From contig NC_068995.1 in NCBI RefSeq assembly GCF_001194135.2, positions 35,789,235 to 35,853,234 of the forward strand: a stretch of DNA of 64,000 bases. The letters run 5' to 3'. A model generated the notes under the pieces. That model saw only the letters and a program-made list of their open reading frames with translations. It did no database searches and was not told the origin of the DNA. The DNA is from Octopus bimaculoides. Taxonomy: Eukaryota. Below are positions 25,764 through 38,790 of this stretch, in pieces. Within the stretch, counting starts at the first letter, position 1, and every line of letters starts with the position of its first letter. A program made the position numbers and the translations under genes.

Positions 25764-26329
25764 TGAAGAATGTGGTCAATTATTCTTGTCTACATAGCAG
25801 CTGATCTATTCATATTTCAGCTTTGTAGAGATAGGCAACTAATCATAGCTGATTTTTTTCCCTGAGAGCTTAATTTTGGTGACGTTGCAGATATAAAGTT
25901 ACCATGGTAGATCATCAGATACTCAGAAATGTAACATTTGTAAGGTGTTAGTTGTGTGTTCTTTATGCATAAAGGAAGAGTAATGAAAATTTATATCTTT
26001 GTTGTAACCAATGAATGTGTGTTTATGATATTCAAGGACACTGGATTATGTTCCCACAGGAGAATCTTCAAAATATGTCTGGAGGTAGTGTAAAGCTGAT
26101 ATGAATGAAATCTTTTTACTGAAGTTCTCAAAAGCAAGGAATTTCAGGTTGATGACTTAGAAGTGTAGATCTTCAGAAGATCTATCTCTACAAGAACTAT
26201 ATTGGCTTCCATTGAAAAGGTAAAAGATACAGCAGCTATGAATGACTATTTTCATTACATCTAAAATGTTAGAAATGAAAATCAGTCTTTTATAGTGTTA
26301 AATAATCCTCAAGCAATTATATGTTTGTC

Positions 26330-26560
26330 TTTGCATACAAACATGCATACATATACATGTACAGCTTGTCATGAGGAGGTTGTAAGAGAAAAAGTGTTCA
26401 CAAGGGTAGATGTTGCCTCATTAGAGAGCTCCCATCTTAATGGATACCACTTAATAGGCATAACATTTTCAGTTCCCTATGGCTTCTCTTGAATACCTTA
26501 TTCCGAGTATTGCCTCCAACACTACTGTTGCTTGGTAACAGTAATAAAAGTAAACATAAT
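26330..26560 (-). mobile_element. RTE LINE 3' fragment
   Basis: Decayed 'RELKMLCLLSGI' resembles the RTE 'EMKMLRW..GV' segment. Confidence 0.5.
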
Positions 26561-28418
26561 GAAGTTCAGCTGTGAAAGTATTCAAAAATCTAAAAACAAA
26601 CAAATATACCCCATGGTGAAATAATTTTCTCATAGTTAGGAAGGGCAGCATTGCTTCCATTCACTAATATTTGAAATGAGTTTCAAAATATTTTTCAGAC
26701 AAGTTCAACTTTGAATAAAGGAGTTTCTATCAAGGAAGCAATTGTCAATTCTAAGTGTAAAGTCATTTCTTACATAAACATATAAAATATGAATTAATGA
26801 AACTACACAATGGCTAAATAAATATAAAATTAATTGAAATAAAGGTAAGAAAATATTTATGAAATAAAACTTAAATGAAGTTATGATAGGTAAGATGAAA
26901 CATTACTAATACCATGACAAAATATTTTTTTGTATGGAGCATAAAATTTTTAAAAAGTGGACAGTAAGGGACTGAAAATTAAAACAAGTAAACTTACAAT
27001 AAAGAGATTTAACTCATCAATTGAAGTCATCATACAATTACAATAGGTAGAATTTGTATTTGAAATTCCACATACTTACCATACAGCAAATAGCATGAAA
27101 AACATCTGCATTGCTTGAAACATGAAATGTACTACAGTCCAACAAATGATTCTAATACTTGCAATATATATCTATATTTGGACTGTTTGATAAATATCAT
27201 TTCCTCCACATTCAAAGTAAAGAAGATCAATTTTTAGCAATTAAAGTTGAATTCATTTGTGCAAGTCTTCGATATTTTTTTAATTTTATCTTTTATTTCC
27301 AATTTACTGATCATAGAAGTTGTTTTCATTCCTCTTTACTTAAAAATTCAGAATTATGTAAAAAAACATATTTATAGTATTAATAATTTGTATTTATAAC
27401 TATAATAGAAAATTTTGTAGAAATCTGACAAAAATTAAAGCAAAAAGCATTTATTTACAAATATACTTAAAATCTACCTGAAACACTGAATGCAGAGAGT
27501 TAATTCTGAAGTTTAAATTAACAGAATTGTTGCCACAGGATTAAGAAACTTAAAGTAAACAAAACTAAAAACAATGATATAATTTTATTGATACAGTTTG
27601 TGAAAATATTGTCAATCTGGTTTAAACTGGAAGTTTATTAATTTGTAAGGGCTCATACAAAAACCCAAAACACAGTGTCTTCTTTTGTTTAATTACAATT
27701 ATTATGAGAGTAAAAACTTAAAATGCTAATTCTAAAAGAAATGCAATACAAAAAAACAAAAAACTGTACTAGCTCTTGTTAGAAATATAAACGACCACTT
27801 CATGGAACATACGAGACTGACTAATTAATAGGGAAGTGACCGTATCATGTATCCATTAGTTTGATTTGTGACTTTGCCTGTTGTCAAACGCCTGAACAGA
27901 ATCTCTCTGCATTATTGTCAACCAAATGTATATATTTATTTGTATTATTGTTATCAACCAAATAACTCATGTCTATTTATATGCTAGATGTGTTTGTTTC
28001 TAATTCGAAGATAATTAATTAATACTCTTAGTAAATGCAAGTACAATAAAATAGTCTTTATTGTAGAACCAAAATGGCTAAGTGAATGGTTTAGAGAACA
28101 ACTAATAGATTTTGAGTTCAGTTCTGTTGGAGACGTTTTGTTGTAGATGACATTACAATGTGCTGCTGAAAATATTGCTCTCAGAAGAGGCTGTTAGCAT
28201 TTACAGTCAAAGATAGATAGTATAACTTTAACTGGACAAGTCTAAATCAGTAAGGTTAGTATCAGATCATTTGTCTATAGTACCAGCCATGGATCATCAC
28301 GTTATCTGTTCTCAACAGTTTAATTGTCTAATGCCATAAAACCAAAGTTAAACTCTCAAAAGCCTAGCAAGAAAACACACTTCACAGAGTAATTTCCTCA
28401 TGAATTTCACCTTTGAAC

Positions 28419-28419
<1 letters not shown>

Positions 28420-28490
<71 letters not shown>
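28420..28490. repeat. (AAT)n microsatellite
   Basis: Pure aat run. Confidence 0.98.
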
Positions 28491-28492
<2 letters not shown>

Positions 28493-30300
28493 TAGGAAAA
28501 ACATGCAATTGTAACATATAACTAACTAAAATAGAAAATAATAACTAGATTGGCCTGCAATTCTGGAGAATTTGTGGGATTTGAAAAGTCTGTTTAAAAG
28601 ATATATCTCTTGTCCAGTTAATGTATTTTTCCAGTCACATGTCATCTGCTGTAAAGTCATTGTTAAACATAGAAGTTGCTCAAGCAGCAATGTTACCAGT
28701 AGCAGATTGTAATGTTATGCCAGTGACTAACCAACACATGGTGGAATTCTTGACACTATTAGAACAGTGCACATAACAGTTGAATGGAGATGAAGGCAAT
28801 AGAAGATTGTGTTGTGTAACTGGGCATTGTATTGCCCTCATTGCATTTTCATTTGTAGCTTTTTATTATACACTCTGATTCTTATTTGATAACCAAGTAC
28901 ACAATGATCAAACAGAAATTCCACTCCAGAGCAATGATAGTTTACACAGCATTAACAACCTATTGTGTTTCAGACTAACTTGACTTCAATATTTTTATGG
29001 CTGCTTTCACACTTCAAGTGAGGTCTGTAACAACTTAACAATAAATTACATCAAACTGAGTCAAGTACCTTTTTTCAGAAATACATAGTGAGATGGCAAG
29101 AGAAATTAGTGTGTTTAGCTGCTTAAATATGATTATTTACATGTATTGGTAGTTAAAAAATTGTGCATCAGTGAGTATATGTAATATGGTGTGCTCCAGC
29201 TAAGAAACAATGCTTTGGGACACAAAGCTGGTATAAGAATTTTAAGGAAAATAAAGTGGGAAAACAGGATAGGTAACAGAAATGATATATTTCCTGATGA
29301 TTGGAAAAAGTAAATCAGTAAATTCAGAGAGATGAAGTTTTAAGCAAGAAGGTGGCAAGATGCTAACTAATAATTTACTAATTAAAAAGCAGATACCACA
29401 TTTACTTGGACATTGGATCTCTTATTCAGCATCAATATTCCATCATCATCATTAACTTTAAACAGTGGTAAAGCTTTGATGGAGCATAAATAAACTTAGC
29501 ACAGAGTACACAGTTGTATATTTTACTAAATCAAAAACCACTACATGAGAAATACTATTTCTTAAGTAGATATGAAGTTGCAAGGTTAATAAAATGTGGT
29601 GCTGTGAAGGGCATGTCTTTATCAAGAGCATTAGTAAATAAAGAACATCCCATTTAAATTGAAAGTGGATTTTGAAGTCAACCAAAAACTTAAAGGTTGA
29701 TGTAGATTAACATTTCTTGCTTTTATAAAAATTATAAAAACAGTAAGATTATTAAGGATGACAAAAATTTCAAACAAGTCCATTTTCACTCAATTTTGTG
29801 AACTTCTATAAAAACTTAGAAGTTAGTAATCATATTTCAGCATATGACAAGAGACAGCAGTTGTAGGTTGTGAGAGAATGGTGACATTCCTTTAAAAGTT
29901 TGCAATATCATGGGTACAGCCAATTTGTAGATTAATATATATATATATTCTGTTTTCTTTTGTTTTTTAAAGACATAAATATCACAAATATGTTAGTAGA
30001 ATATTAGTCTCTTTGCTTGAAGAAGTGAAATGAATTGCTGTATTTGATGGCATACAAGACACACACTGTTTCCTTCCAATGTCTCCAAAAATTATCCCAG
30101 ATCTTTTATGCAAAGCTGGGCCTATATTACATGCATCGATATGCTAGAAACTGTTTTTCATAAATATGCACAGCTAGAATTGAGATGCATCTAATTATAC
30201 CTACATGTCCTTTATGCCATCAAATATGTTACGTTCATTTGTAGTGGAGTTGCATGTGTATACACAAACACATATATACCTACATGTGGTTTATTTTAAG

Positions 30301-31497
30301 CTATAAACGTGTCACGATTTCTACAGAACTTTGCTCAAATAAAAGATTGTCATTACAATGAACAGTCATGGATGACTGCTTTGATACCAAATTGTAATTT
30401 GAAGCAAATAAAGATCTGTCCGAATCATATAGTGTTGGTCGGGAATTAGATGTCTGGCAAGAGTGTTGTATATGGATGGGTGCAGTTGCCATAGTGTTTG
30501 CTGTGAAACCAATGTTGTATGTAGAAGACGTGTTTTGACAGCAATATCTCCAGCAGCAGATTGTAAAGTTGTGCCAGTGGCTAGTTACCACACTATTAAT
30601 TTCTTGGCATTGATAAGCATGAAGAACAGCACATGTAATAGACTTGAATAGAGGTAGAAGTAAAAAATAGAGGATTGTATAACTTGGCTTTGTATTGTCC
30701 TCATCACAGAAATAGGAAATGGCAATGTAAAATATCAAAGGCAGATATGTCAACAGCCATACTATAATGTGATACTTTGATATTGAGAGCAATCCTGCAT
30801 ATCTTTTGTATTCTTTACTACTCAGAGTAAGGATGTGATCATTGTTTTGTATCCGTCGGTTTAGGCATTGATAATAAATAAGTAAACAAATAGTGATGAA
30901 AACACAGTTATTCCAAAGTATTCCAACAAATAGCAAGAATGTGGAACTGTAGTAGCAGAAAAACAAGCATGTGTAATCAAACAACACCCATCCCATCTGA
31001 GAAGAGAATCCAATGATAAAAGAACCATTCCAAACAATCACCATGAGAGCAATGACATTTTTCTTGTGCATATGAAACTGCAAGTCAAGCGGCCGTGACA
31101 GCCTCACAGAACTGTCTGCTGTCAACCAGAGCAAAGAAAGTGCTGAGGCTGTTGATGCTGTAATAAGAAGGCTTTCTGACAGAAAACAATCAATAGAACG
31201 AATTTTGCGATATTCTATATATATTGTTTTCACAACGCCAAACAACCCTATGAGGGCATCAGCAACAATCAAACTTCGAACAAAAACTAATGAAGGGCTT
31301 TGACCTCCACTAGCATTTTTTGACTCAATCAGAACAAAACTGTTCAAAATAAAAGACAAGGATCCGAGAACAGCAAATAAAATTTGAATGACAATCAGGT
31401 TATTATCCTCTGGCCACTCCAAAGTCTTCAAATTGGAGCAGTTGGAGAAGATCTTTGAGTAGTTATATCTACAACGCATCTGCATGACAGTGGTCAT
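30301..31497 (-). CDS. Intronless class A (rhodopsin-like) orphan GPCR, 398 aa, MECA/GPR119-like, with degenerate activation motifs
   Basis: Uninterrupted ORF with an in-frame upstream stop and seven hydrophobic segments. N1.50 (ILNSF), SLIVAD (D2.50), C3.25, 'RPL' in ICL2, W4.50 followed by 'SQMGW', Y5.58, P6.50, and helix-8-like 'AYQCQEIN'. Confidence 0.93.
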   Translation of the reverse strand: MTTVMQMRCRYNYSKIFSNCSNLKTLEWPEDNNLIVIQILFAVLGSLSFILNSFVLIESKNASGGQSPSLVFVRSLIVADALIGLFGVVKTIYIEYRKIRSIDCFLSESLLITASTASALSLLWLTADSSVRLSRPLDLQFHMHKKNVIALMVIVWNGSFIIGFSSQMGWVLFDYTCLFFCYYSSTFLLFVGILWNNCVFITICLLIYYQCLNRRIQNNDHILTLSSKEYKRYAGLLSISKYHIIVWLLTYLPLIFYIAISYFCDEDNTKPSYTILYFLLLPLFKSITCAVLHAYQCQEINSVVTSHWHNFTICCWRYCCQNTSSTYNIGFTANTMATAPIHIQHSCQTSNSRPTLYDSDRSLFASNYNLVSKQSSMTVHCNDNLLFEQSSVEIVTRL

Positions 31498-31766
31498 GAG
31501 TAGTGAGACCCAAACAGATTAGATTTATCAGCATAAGTATTCCTCCCAACACTGGGTCTGTGCAACACATTTTATATTTGCTTTTGGTTCAGTTGCAATC
31601 TGGAGAGTCTAGTTAAGGCATTAGCATGAGAAAGAAGATTAAAAAAAACCCCAGAAAACCTGGATGGATTTTCTTTACAATGAATGGTCAAATATACCTT
31701 AAAATCAATCCAACATACAGTTTCACTACACACACAGCATACTAACACTACACTCTTACATATCAT

Positions 31767-31823
<57 letters not shown>

Positions 31824-31932
31824 NNNNNNNNNNNNNNNNNNNNNNNNNNNNNNNNNNNNNNNNNNNNNNNNNNNNNNNNNNNNNNNNNNNNNNNNNNNNN
31901 NNNNNNNNNNNNNNNNNNNNNNNNNNNNNNNN

Positions 31933-31978
<46 letters not shown>

Positions 31979-31985
31979 TCTAGGC

Positions 31986-32232
31986 CAGTCGTCTCTAAAC
32001 ACATTCCTATATTTCACAGACAATCCCTGCCATTTTAATGTGACATTAAAAAAAAAAATTATTATTTAGAGAAAATTTATTCATTTTAAAAAGTACTTTG
32101 AAAATGGTGAATTCCATATTTTTACAAAATAAATTTCTATCAAATTTCATTAAAAGACACTTTATCTTGTAGAACTCCATAAATTTATAATGGAACCCTG
32201 GAGTTCCTTGGAAACCAATTTAGGAAACACTG
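31986..32232. mobile_element. Charlie-type hAT MITE
   Basis: Termini cagtcgtctctaaac / taggaaacactg. Flanks ttctaggc and tcctagac resemble an NTCTAGAN TSD. Confidence 0.7.
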
Positions 32233-33356
32233 TCCTAGACCACACACAAAAAAAGCTACTCTTCATCTGAAAAACAGGTCTTCACTGATCAAGACTCCAG
32301 AATAACTGATCCATTTTTAAACTGTTAATGTTTTTGGTTCCTTTAGCACTGTATGAAGAACACTAAGAAAGTTGCAATTTTTGATAAGCAAAACTTTTGT
32401 TCTTTTCATACACAAAAAAAAAATGCTATCATTACTACAAATGACAAAATATCAAGAGAGTTTGAATGTTATTGCTCTTGATGTAATTGTAATGGTAGTC
32501 AAAACGTTAACTGCTAGTCATTGTGTTGCTGTCACCGACTGTTCAATGTGGTAGTTGTCAGCAGCTGTCTGTGTCCATTCACCGTCGAACTACTGTCTCT
32601 CAACGCTCTCTCAAAGCTCTCTGTTAAGTAGTCAAGGTGTGCTGAATTTATACTGATGGATGGACTCATAAAAAAGTGTGCCAAAAGATGAAATCGTTAC
32701 TGGAGCTTACTCCATATGAACTTGTGAGTGATTGTTCAGATTTTGTTGATCATATAGGCAATATCCTAGTGAATCATGACATCAGGGGTATTGAAGTAAG
32801 TGCTGAACATTCCCACTACAACAATAAGGATAATAAAATTTACTCCTATCAGCAGACTGAAGAAATAAGAATGAAGGGGGAAGTCTTACATGTTTCTATT
32901 CATGAATTATATGCCACAGTATACCTTCAGCTCCATCAAAAGGCCCAGTCCTTGGAGCAGTGTAATGGTTTGTGTACTTCAATGACTGAGATCTATGCCA
33001 GTAGAGTGCAAGGTCGTGGTAAGGCTTCTTATGCTGGATAGGTCAAAAGATAGAGGCAAGACTAATATGGAGCCCTTCTCCCCAGAGGTAAAAATGGGTT
33101 TGCACAGGGCCAACACCACAAACCTGGAAAGAGGCATTTACAGAAACATCGATAGCAATTAAAACCAACAAGACTTTGGAGAGGAAGGCCTTCCTTTAGA
33201 GACAAATAGTGATGGGTGGGCCACACTTTACAGTCCAGAGTTGAGAACAATGAAAAGCCATCCTAGGCCTATGCTCCATAGAGAATGGAAGGCTATGGGA
33301 AACAAGTAATATTTTTGCTATGTTTCCTTCCCAACTAACCAAGAGGTAAAGTTTAA

Positions 33357-33536
33357 CTCTTTAGCATTTAAACCAGCCATATCAGGCTCAAATATTCAAC
33401 TAGTTTTATGTTCACACTGGCATGATCCAACCTCTCACACTTACCCTACCATGTTATTCTTAAAATAAACAATCACGTCATCAAACATGAACAAATAAGC
33501 ATAACATTTGACAGGATAATCTGAATGCTAAAAGGG
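33357..33536. mobile_element. TTAA MITE, same family
   Basis: ttaa|ctctttagcattt ... aatgctaaaaggg. Confidence 0.8.
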
Positions 33537-34176
33537 TTGAAATGACCTTCTTTAAAGATTAACTAACAGAAGAAGAACATTTGACAAAGTACCAACATCT
33601 ATATTTACCTCTTTGAATGCAAAGACACACACACACATATATAACAATCTTAAAGCTCTCCACACACATAAAAAGCTACACATGCACACATGTGCGCAAA
33701 CACACATACACACTCACGCATGCACACACATGTGCACATACTATAATTCATACATATACACACGTACCCTATTGTTACAGCGACATTACACTTTTTAACC
33801 TTTATGTGCAGCATGCACATCGTATTTCCTTTTTTTGCTACATCATCATTGCATTTAATATATTTCATCCACTCGCATGGTACACATGCTGCATGCATCT
33901 CATTGCACATATACAGCTTATTGTTGCATACATATATCACTCCTGTTGTTACTGCTGGCCTGTATGAGGATACCAGTTTGTATATAATGTGTCCATACAC
34001 ACGAATAAAACAGTAAAGATATAAGTTGGAAAAAAGAGTGGATGTGTTTGTGTGCGTGTGCATGAATGCAGGTGTGTGTGCATGTGAAAAAGTAAGAGTA
34101 AAAATATGCTTTTGTCTGTAAGAAACTGAAAGAGAAGGAAACAGAGTGTGTAGTTGTGGGTTAGTGGATGTGTATA

Positions 34177-34217
<41 letters not shown>

Positions 34218-34617
34218 TAAAAGAATGATGCGAAGCACACAAGAGTGTGTGGTGTGTGCATATTTGTGTATAGTGTATATGTGTGTGTGTGTGTGTGTGT
34301 ATGTACACTTGTACATGTATATACATACAGACACGTGTGTATATATATTTTACACACGTGTTTGTATATATGTATATGTGTATGTTTGTGAAAGAGAGAG
34401 GAGACATTTAATGATTCCATCAGAGGAAAGCACTATGGGTCAACTTAATACAGACAGAAATGGCAATTGGTTGATTAAACTGAACAAAAGGAGTTGTCCC
34501 TTGCCTGAGACTAAGGTTGACATGTTGAGAGGATGAAGATGTTGTATGGGCCACCCCCCCCCCCGGCTCCCTTGAGAAAAGCAGAAGCATCAAAACTCCA
34601 TTAATGGACATATACAT

Positions 34618-34652
<35 letters not shown>

Positions 34653-36080
34653 NNNNNNNNNNNNNNNNNNNNNNNNNNNNNNNNNNNNNNNNNNNNNNNN
34701 NNNNNNNNNNNNNNNNNNNNNNNNNNNNNNNNNNNNNNNNNNNNNNNNNNNNNNNNNNNNNNNNNNNNNNNNNNNNNNNNNNNNNNNNNNNNNNNNNNNN
34801 NNNNNNNNNNNNNNNNNNNNNNNNNNNNNNNNNNNNNNNNNNNNNNNNNNNNNNNNNNNNNNNNNNNNNNNNNNNNNNNNNNNNNNNNNNNNNNNNNNNN
34901 NNNNNNNNNNNNNNNNNNNNNNNNNNNNNNNNNNNNNNNNNNNNNNNNNNNNNNNNNNNNNGGAGGGGAGTGGGATAAGGTGGGATGGGGGGGGAGGGGG
35001 TGATATTTGTTGTGACTGTAAATGGTGTAGTGGTGGTGATAACAATTGTTGAATTGTTGCTAAATAGGAGAATCAATGAAACAGAGAAAGGGGAAGAAAT
35101 GAAAGAGAGAGGGGGGAAGAAAGACATAGAGGGAAAGAAAGAGAGAGAGAGAGAGGGAAAGAGACAGAGAGAGAGAGAGAGAGAACAGACACACACAAAC
35201 ATACATGTATTGGTTGTGAAACTACGTAAGTGACTCAGGGGCAGAGAGTTTTGCTTAACAACATATATCAATCGAGTTCTTTTTCTTCTGTTTGTATAAC
35301 ACGAACACACACATACACACACGCATATTCATTACAGGCTTTCCATCTTTGTCTACAAAATCCGTTTGCATGGCTATGGTCTGCCTAGGGCTATAGCAAG
35401 AGACATTTGGCCAAAGTGCCATGCAATGGGATTGAACCCAGTACCATGTGGTTGGGAAGAAGACTTCTTACCACACTATCACACAGCCATGCCTCTGTGT
35501 GTGTGTGGGGGGGGATCTTTTTTAAAATGGGGGCCACATTTTTCATTAACGAAACACTTTGAAACTTGGAACACTGGTAGAATGTGTCATATAAAACATC
35601 TTTTTCTCTTAGTCTTCTTAAAAAAAAAAGAAATCCATAAGTTATTCCATGTTAAAGTTGTCGTATTTCTGTAATTTCAACCAATCACTGACGTCCATTC
35701 AGCCGATATACATTAAGTGCCAACTACATAAACACACGATTCTGAAACAATTAACCCTAACCNNNNNNNNNNNNNNNNNNNNNNNNNNNNNNNNNNNNNN
35801 NNNNNNNNNNNNNNNNNNNNNNNNNNNNNNNNNNNNNNNNNNNNNNNNNNNNNNNNNNNNNNNNNNNNNNNNNNNNNNNNNNNNNNNNNNNNNNNNNNNN
35901 NNNNNNNNNNNNNNNNNNNNNNNNNNNNNNNNNNNNNNNNNNNNNNNNNNNNNNNNNNNNNNNNNNNNNNNNNNNNNNNNNNNNNNNNNNNNNNNNNNNN
36001 NNNNNNNNNNNNNNNNNNNNNNNNNNNNNNNNNNNNNNNNNNNNNNNNNNNNNNNNNNNNNNNNNNNNNNNNNNNNNNNN

Positions 36081-36126
<46 letters not shown>

Positions 36127-36799
36127 ACGCGCGCACATTTATGCTTGTAGTACCAAAGCTGCAAATCTGTTAGTGTGTGTGTGTGTGTGCCCATGCTTTC
36201 TTATTGTATCATTATCTCTAGTTTCACTATCTCTGTTACATTATTTCTTATGTGTCTGTATGTGTGAGAGAGAAAGAAAATGAGAGAGAGAAAGAAAGAG
36301 AGAGAGAGAGAGAGTGAAAGTAACCTGTCTAGGAGTGCAATAACTCTAAAAATAAACAGCATAAAAGAGAATTTTAGTCCTGCTAAACAATGTCTTTATA
36401 ATTGGCAGCACAATAAAATGCAGCCAGTCCTTGATTTTATGATGTTAAGGGCATAGATTAGATAAGATAAACATAAACTTGCCTAAAATCATGTAAGAAA
36501 GGCCTAGCCAAATAACATCAGTGAATTTTCCAATTCTTTCTAGAATGTGTTAAAACATTCCAAAAACATCAAAGAGGCTATATTATGTTCTAACCATAAA
36601 CGAGGAAGCAGAGAAATGTCAGGCTTGTATCACTGCCCACCTTAGAATTTCTATATTTACAACATTCACTCATGGAGTTTTTTTCCCAAGAAATATCTTT
36701 TATTTATTTCATAATTAAGAGTGGCAAACTAGCAGAGTCATTAGCACACAACACGAAACACTTGGCGGCATTTCATCCATCTTCACATTCTGAGTTTAA

Positions 36800-37104
36800 C
36801 CCATAAACTGCTGGGATTTTGCTGTATGTAACACGAACTGCTGAGCCTATTTTGGGTAAAGATCAACATCGATCTATCACTCGAAAAAAATACTCAGTGT
36901 TTCTTAACACCTTCTGTGATTGGCTACACTGTTTCTGGGGTGAAAGGGTATCATGTGTATACATTATACATCATCAAAATTAGGTCAGATCATGCCCTAC
37001 TTCCGTGGCCACGAACATGGCCTGTCACACTGTCACATTGGCCACTGAGGTGGCCTATCACACTGTCACGTTGGCCACTGAGGTGGCCTATCGCAGTTTA
37101 TGGG
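36800..37104. mobile_element. piggyBac-type MITE inserted inside a SINE, with internal 33-bp tandem repeat
   Basis: Perfect 12-bp TIR cccataaactgc / gcagtttatggg, flanks TTAA / ATAA. The host SINE sequence resumes on both sides. Confidence 0.85.
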
Positions 37105-37388
37105 ATAAATTCCAAGGAGGCCAACTTTGTCATTCATCCTTTTGGGTTTGACAAACTAAGTACGAGTTGAGCACTGGGGGGTCGATATATTCGACTTACC
37201 TACTTGCCTGAAATTGTTCACCTTGTGTCAAAATTTGAAATCAATATCTTATATCTGAAATTAATAATGGACTGTCTTTACAATCACAAATCATAGACAG
37301 GCATTTTCAGTTTTCTGTTCCTCTGTACACAAACAAACTTATATCTGCTTAATATAAATTTTAACCATTACATATCCATACAATCTAC

Positions 37389-37469
37389 CTGCTGTTCTTT
37401 TTCTTGTTCCTCCCACAACCTATCTCCGAGCTCCAGGATTTAAACACATGGAGTTATTTCCCATATTTG
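37389..37469 (-). other. Candidate non-coding (5' UTR) exon, possibly of the GPCR
   Basis: Strong acceptor ttttatgttcatttttcag and donor CAG|GTAGAT. Stops in all three frames. Splice-site pattern only, no transcript evidence. Confidence 0.25.
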
Positions 37470-38419
37470 CTGAAAAATGAACATAAAATTTCTGGCTTGT
37501 ATTTTTCCACACAAATTTATTTCTAGTTCACTTTAGTAGTGCTAGCTATTTTTAGTCATGTTCTATGTATTAATATATTGATAATAACTAACTTATTGAT
37601 TTTATGTGTATTTGGTGATTCTGAATTATCTAATCTCTAAATGATTCTGTTTTCCTACATCAATAAATGTATGATCTTGTAAATTTACTTTATTCTTCAC
37701 TATTTTAGCACATATGGGAAAAGGTTATGTTCCACTGAAGAGGTCAAGATGTGACTGAATCTGCCTTGGGTTGTCTTCTCTTACTAACTAAAACATAATA
37801 ATAATAATAATATGTCATAGAGATGTGTGTGTGTGTGTGTGTGTGTGCATGTGTGTATGTGTATTACCTGATTTAAAACAATATCAATTTCTTTTCCATA
37901 CAACATTACTCTCTGGAACTCAGTTGGAACAGTTTGAAACTAGCATTAATCTACTTCAACCACAACCAATTATCATCTTGGGCAAGTATCTTCTACTATA
38001 GCCCTGGGCTGATCAAATCCTTGTGAATGGATTTAGACGGAAATTGAAAGAAGCCTAGAGAGAGAGAGAGAGAGAGAGGGGTGTTTGTTTGTTTGTTACT
38101 GGCTAAAGGGAAAGCCAGCTCTGCCCCACCTCAGACTAAGAAAAAAATTAACGAATCAAGCTGTTTAGACTAAATCATATGATTATTGCTATCATAACAT
38201 TGTTATTTCTGACTAATTATTTCTCTTTAACACATAGCTTCCTTCGTTTCCTTCAGTGATTTGTAATAAGTTTATTGGGTGTTCTCACTGAGTCACCTCA
38301 AATTACATTACACCCAGTTAATACCACATTACAGTTTAGTCTGTCTCACTTCACATCACTCAACAATTAATGTCTCAGGTTCCTTCCTAAATAATAAACT
38401 ACACTAATCATTTTGTTAT

Positions 38420-38790
38420 TTTTGCAGCAGCTGTGGTGGTGTGGAGGTGGCGGTGGTGACAGCTACAGTTGCAATGCTGGTTGTTGTTGTTGTTGGTGGN
38501 NNNNNNNNNNNNNNNNNNNNNNNNNNNNNNNNNNNNNNNNNNNNNNNNNNNNNNNNNNNNNNNNNNNNNNNNNNNNNNNNNNNNNNNNNNNNNNNNNNNN
38601 NNNNNNNNNNNNNNNNNNNNNNNNNNNNNNNNNNNNNNNNNNNNNNNNNNNNNNNNNNNNNNNNNNNNNNNNGAGGCGGCAGCGGTGGAGGAGGAGGAGG
38701 AGGCGGCAGCGGTGGAGGTGGCGGTGGCAGCGGTGGTGGTGGTGGTAGTGGTTAGGGGTAATGCTAGTTGTATGTGGTAGCAGTGGTGGT
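38420..38790. repeat. GGT/GGC/GTT trinucleotide low-complexity tract spanning an N gap
   Basis: Direct reading. Confidence 0.9.

Noticed and set aside
27080-27151. Exon-like segment with a strong GTAAGT donor (two open frames)
   Set aside because: Weak acceptor, no recognisable domain, TE-like neighbourhood, and no supported splice path to the zinc-finger exon.
32676-33300. 121-aa plus-strand ORF and adjacent GC-richer sequence
   Set aside because: Looks like a decayed retroelement fragment; could not be assigned with confidence.
33613-36283. Long overlapping ORFs (up to 300 aa) rich in HT/YI/CV
   Set aside because: Translations of CA/TA microsatellites and N gaps. The same applies to most ORFs at 9.1-9.5, 11.6-12, 31.6-32, 41-41.5, 46.4-47.7, 60.2-60.8 and 62.4-63.8 kb.
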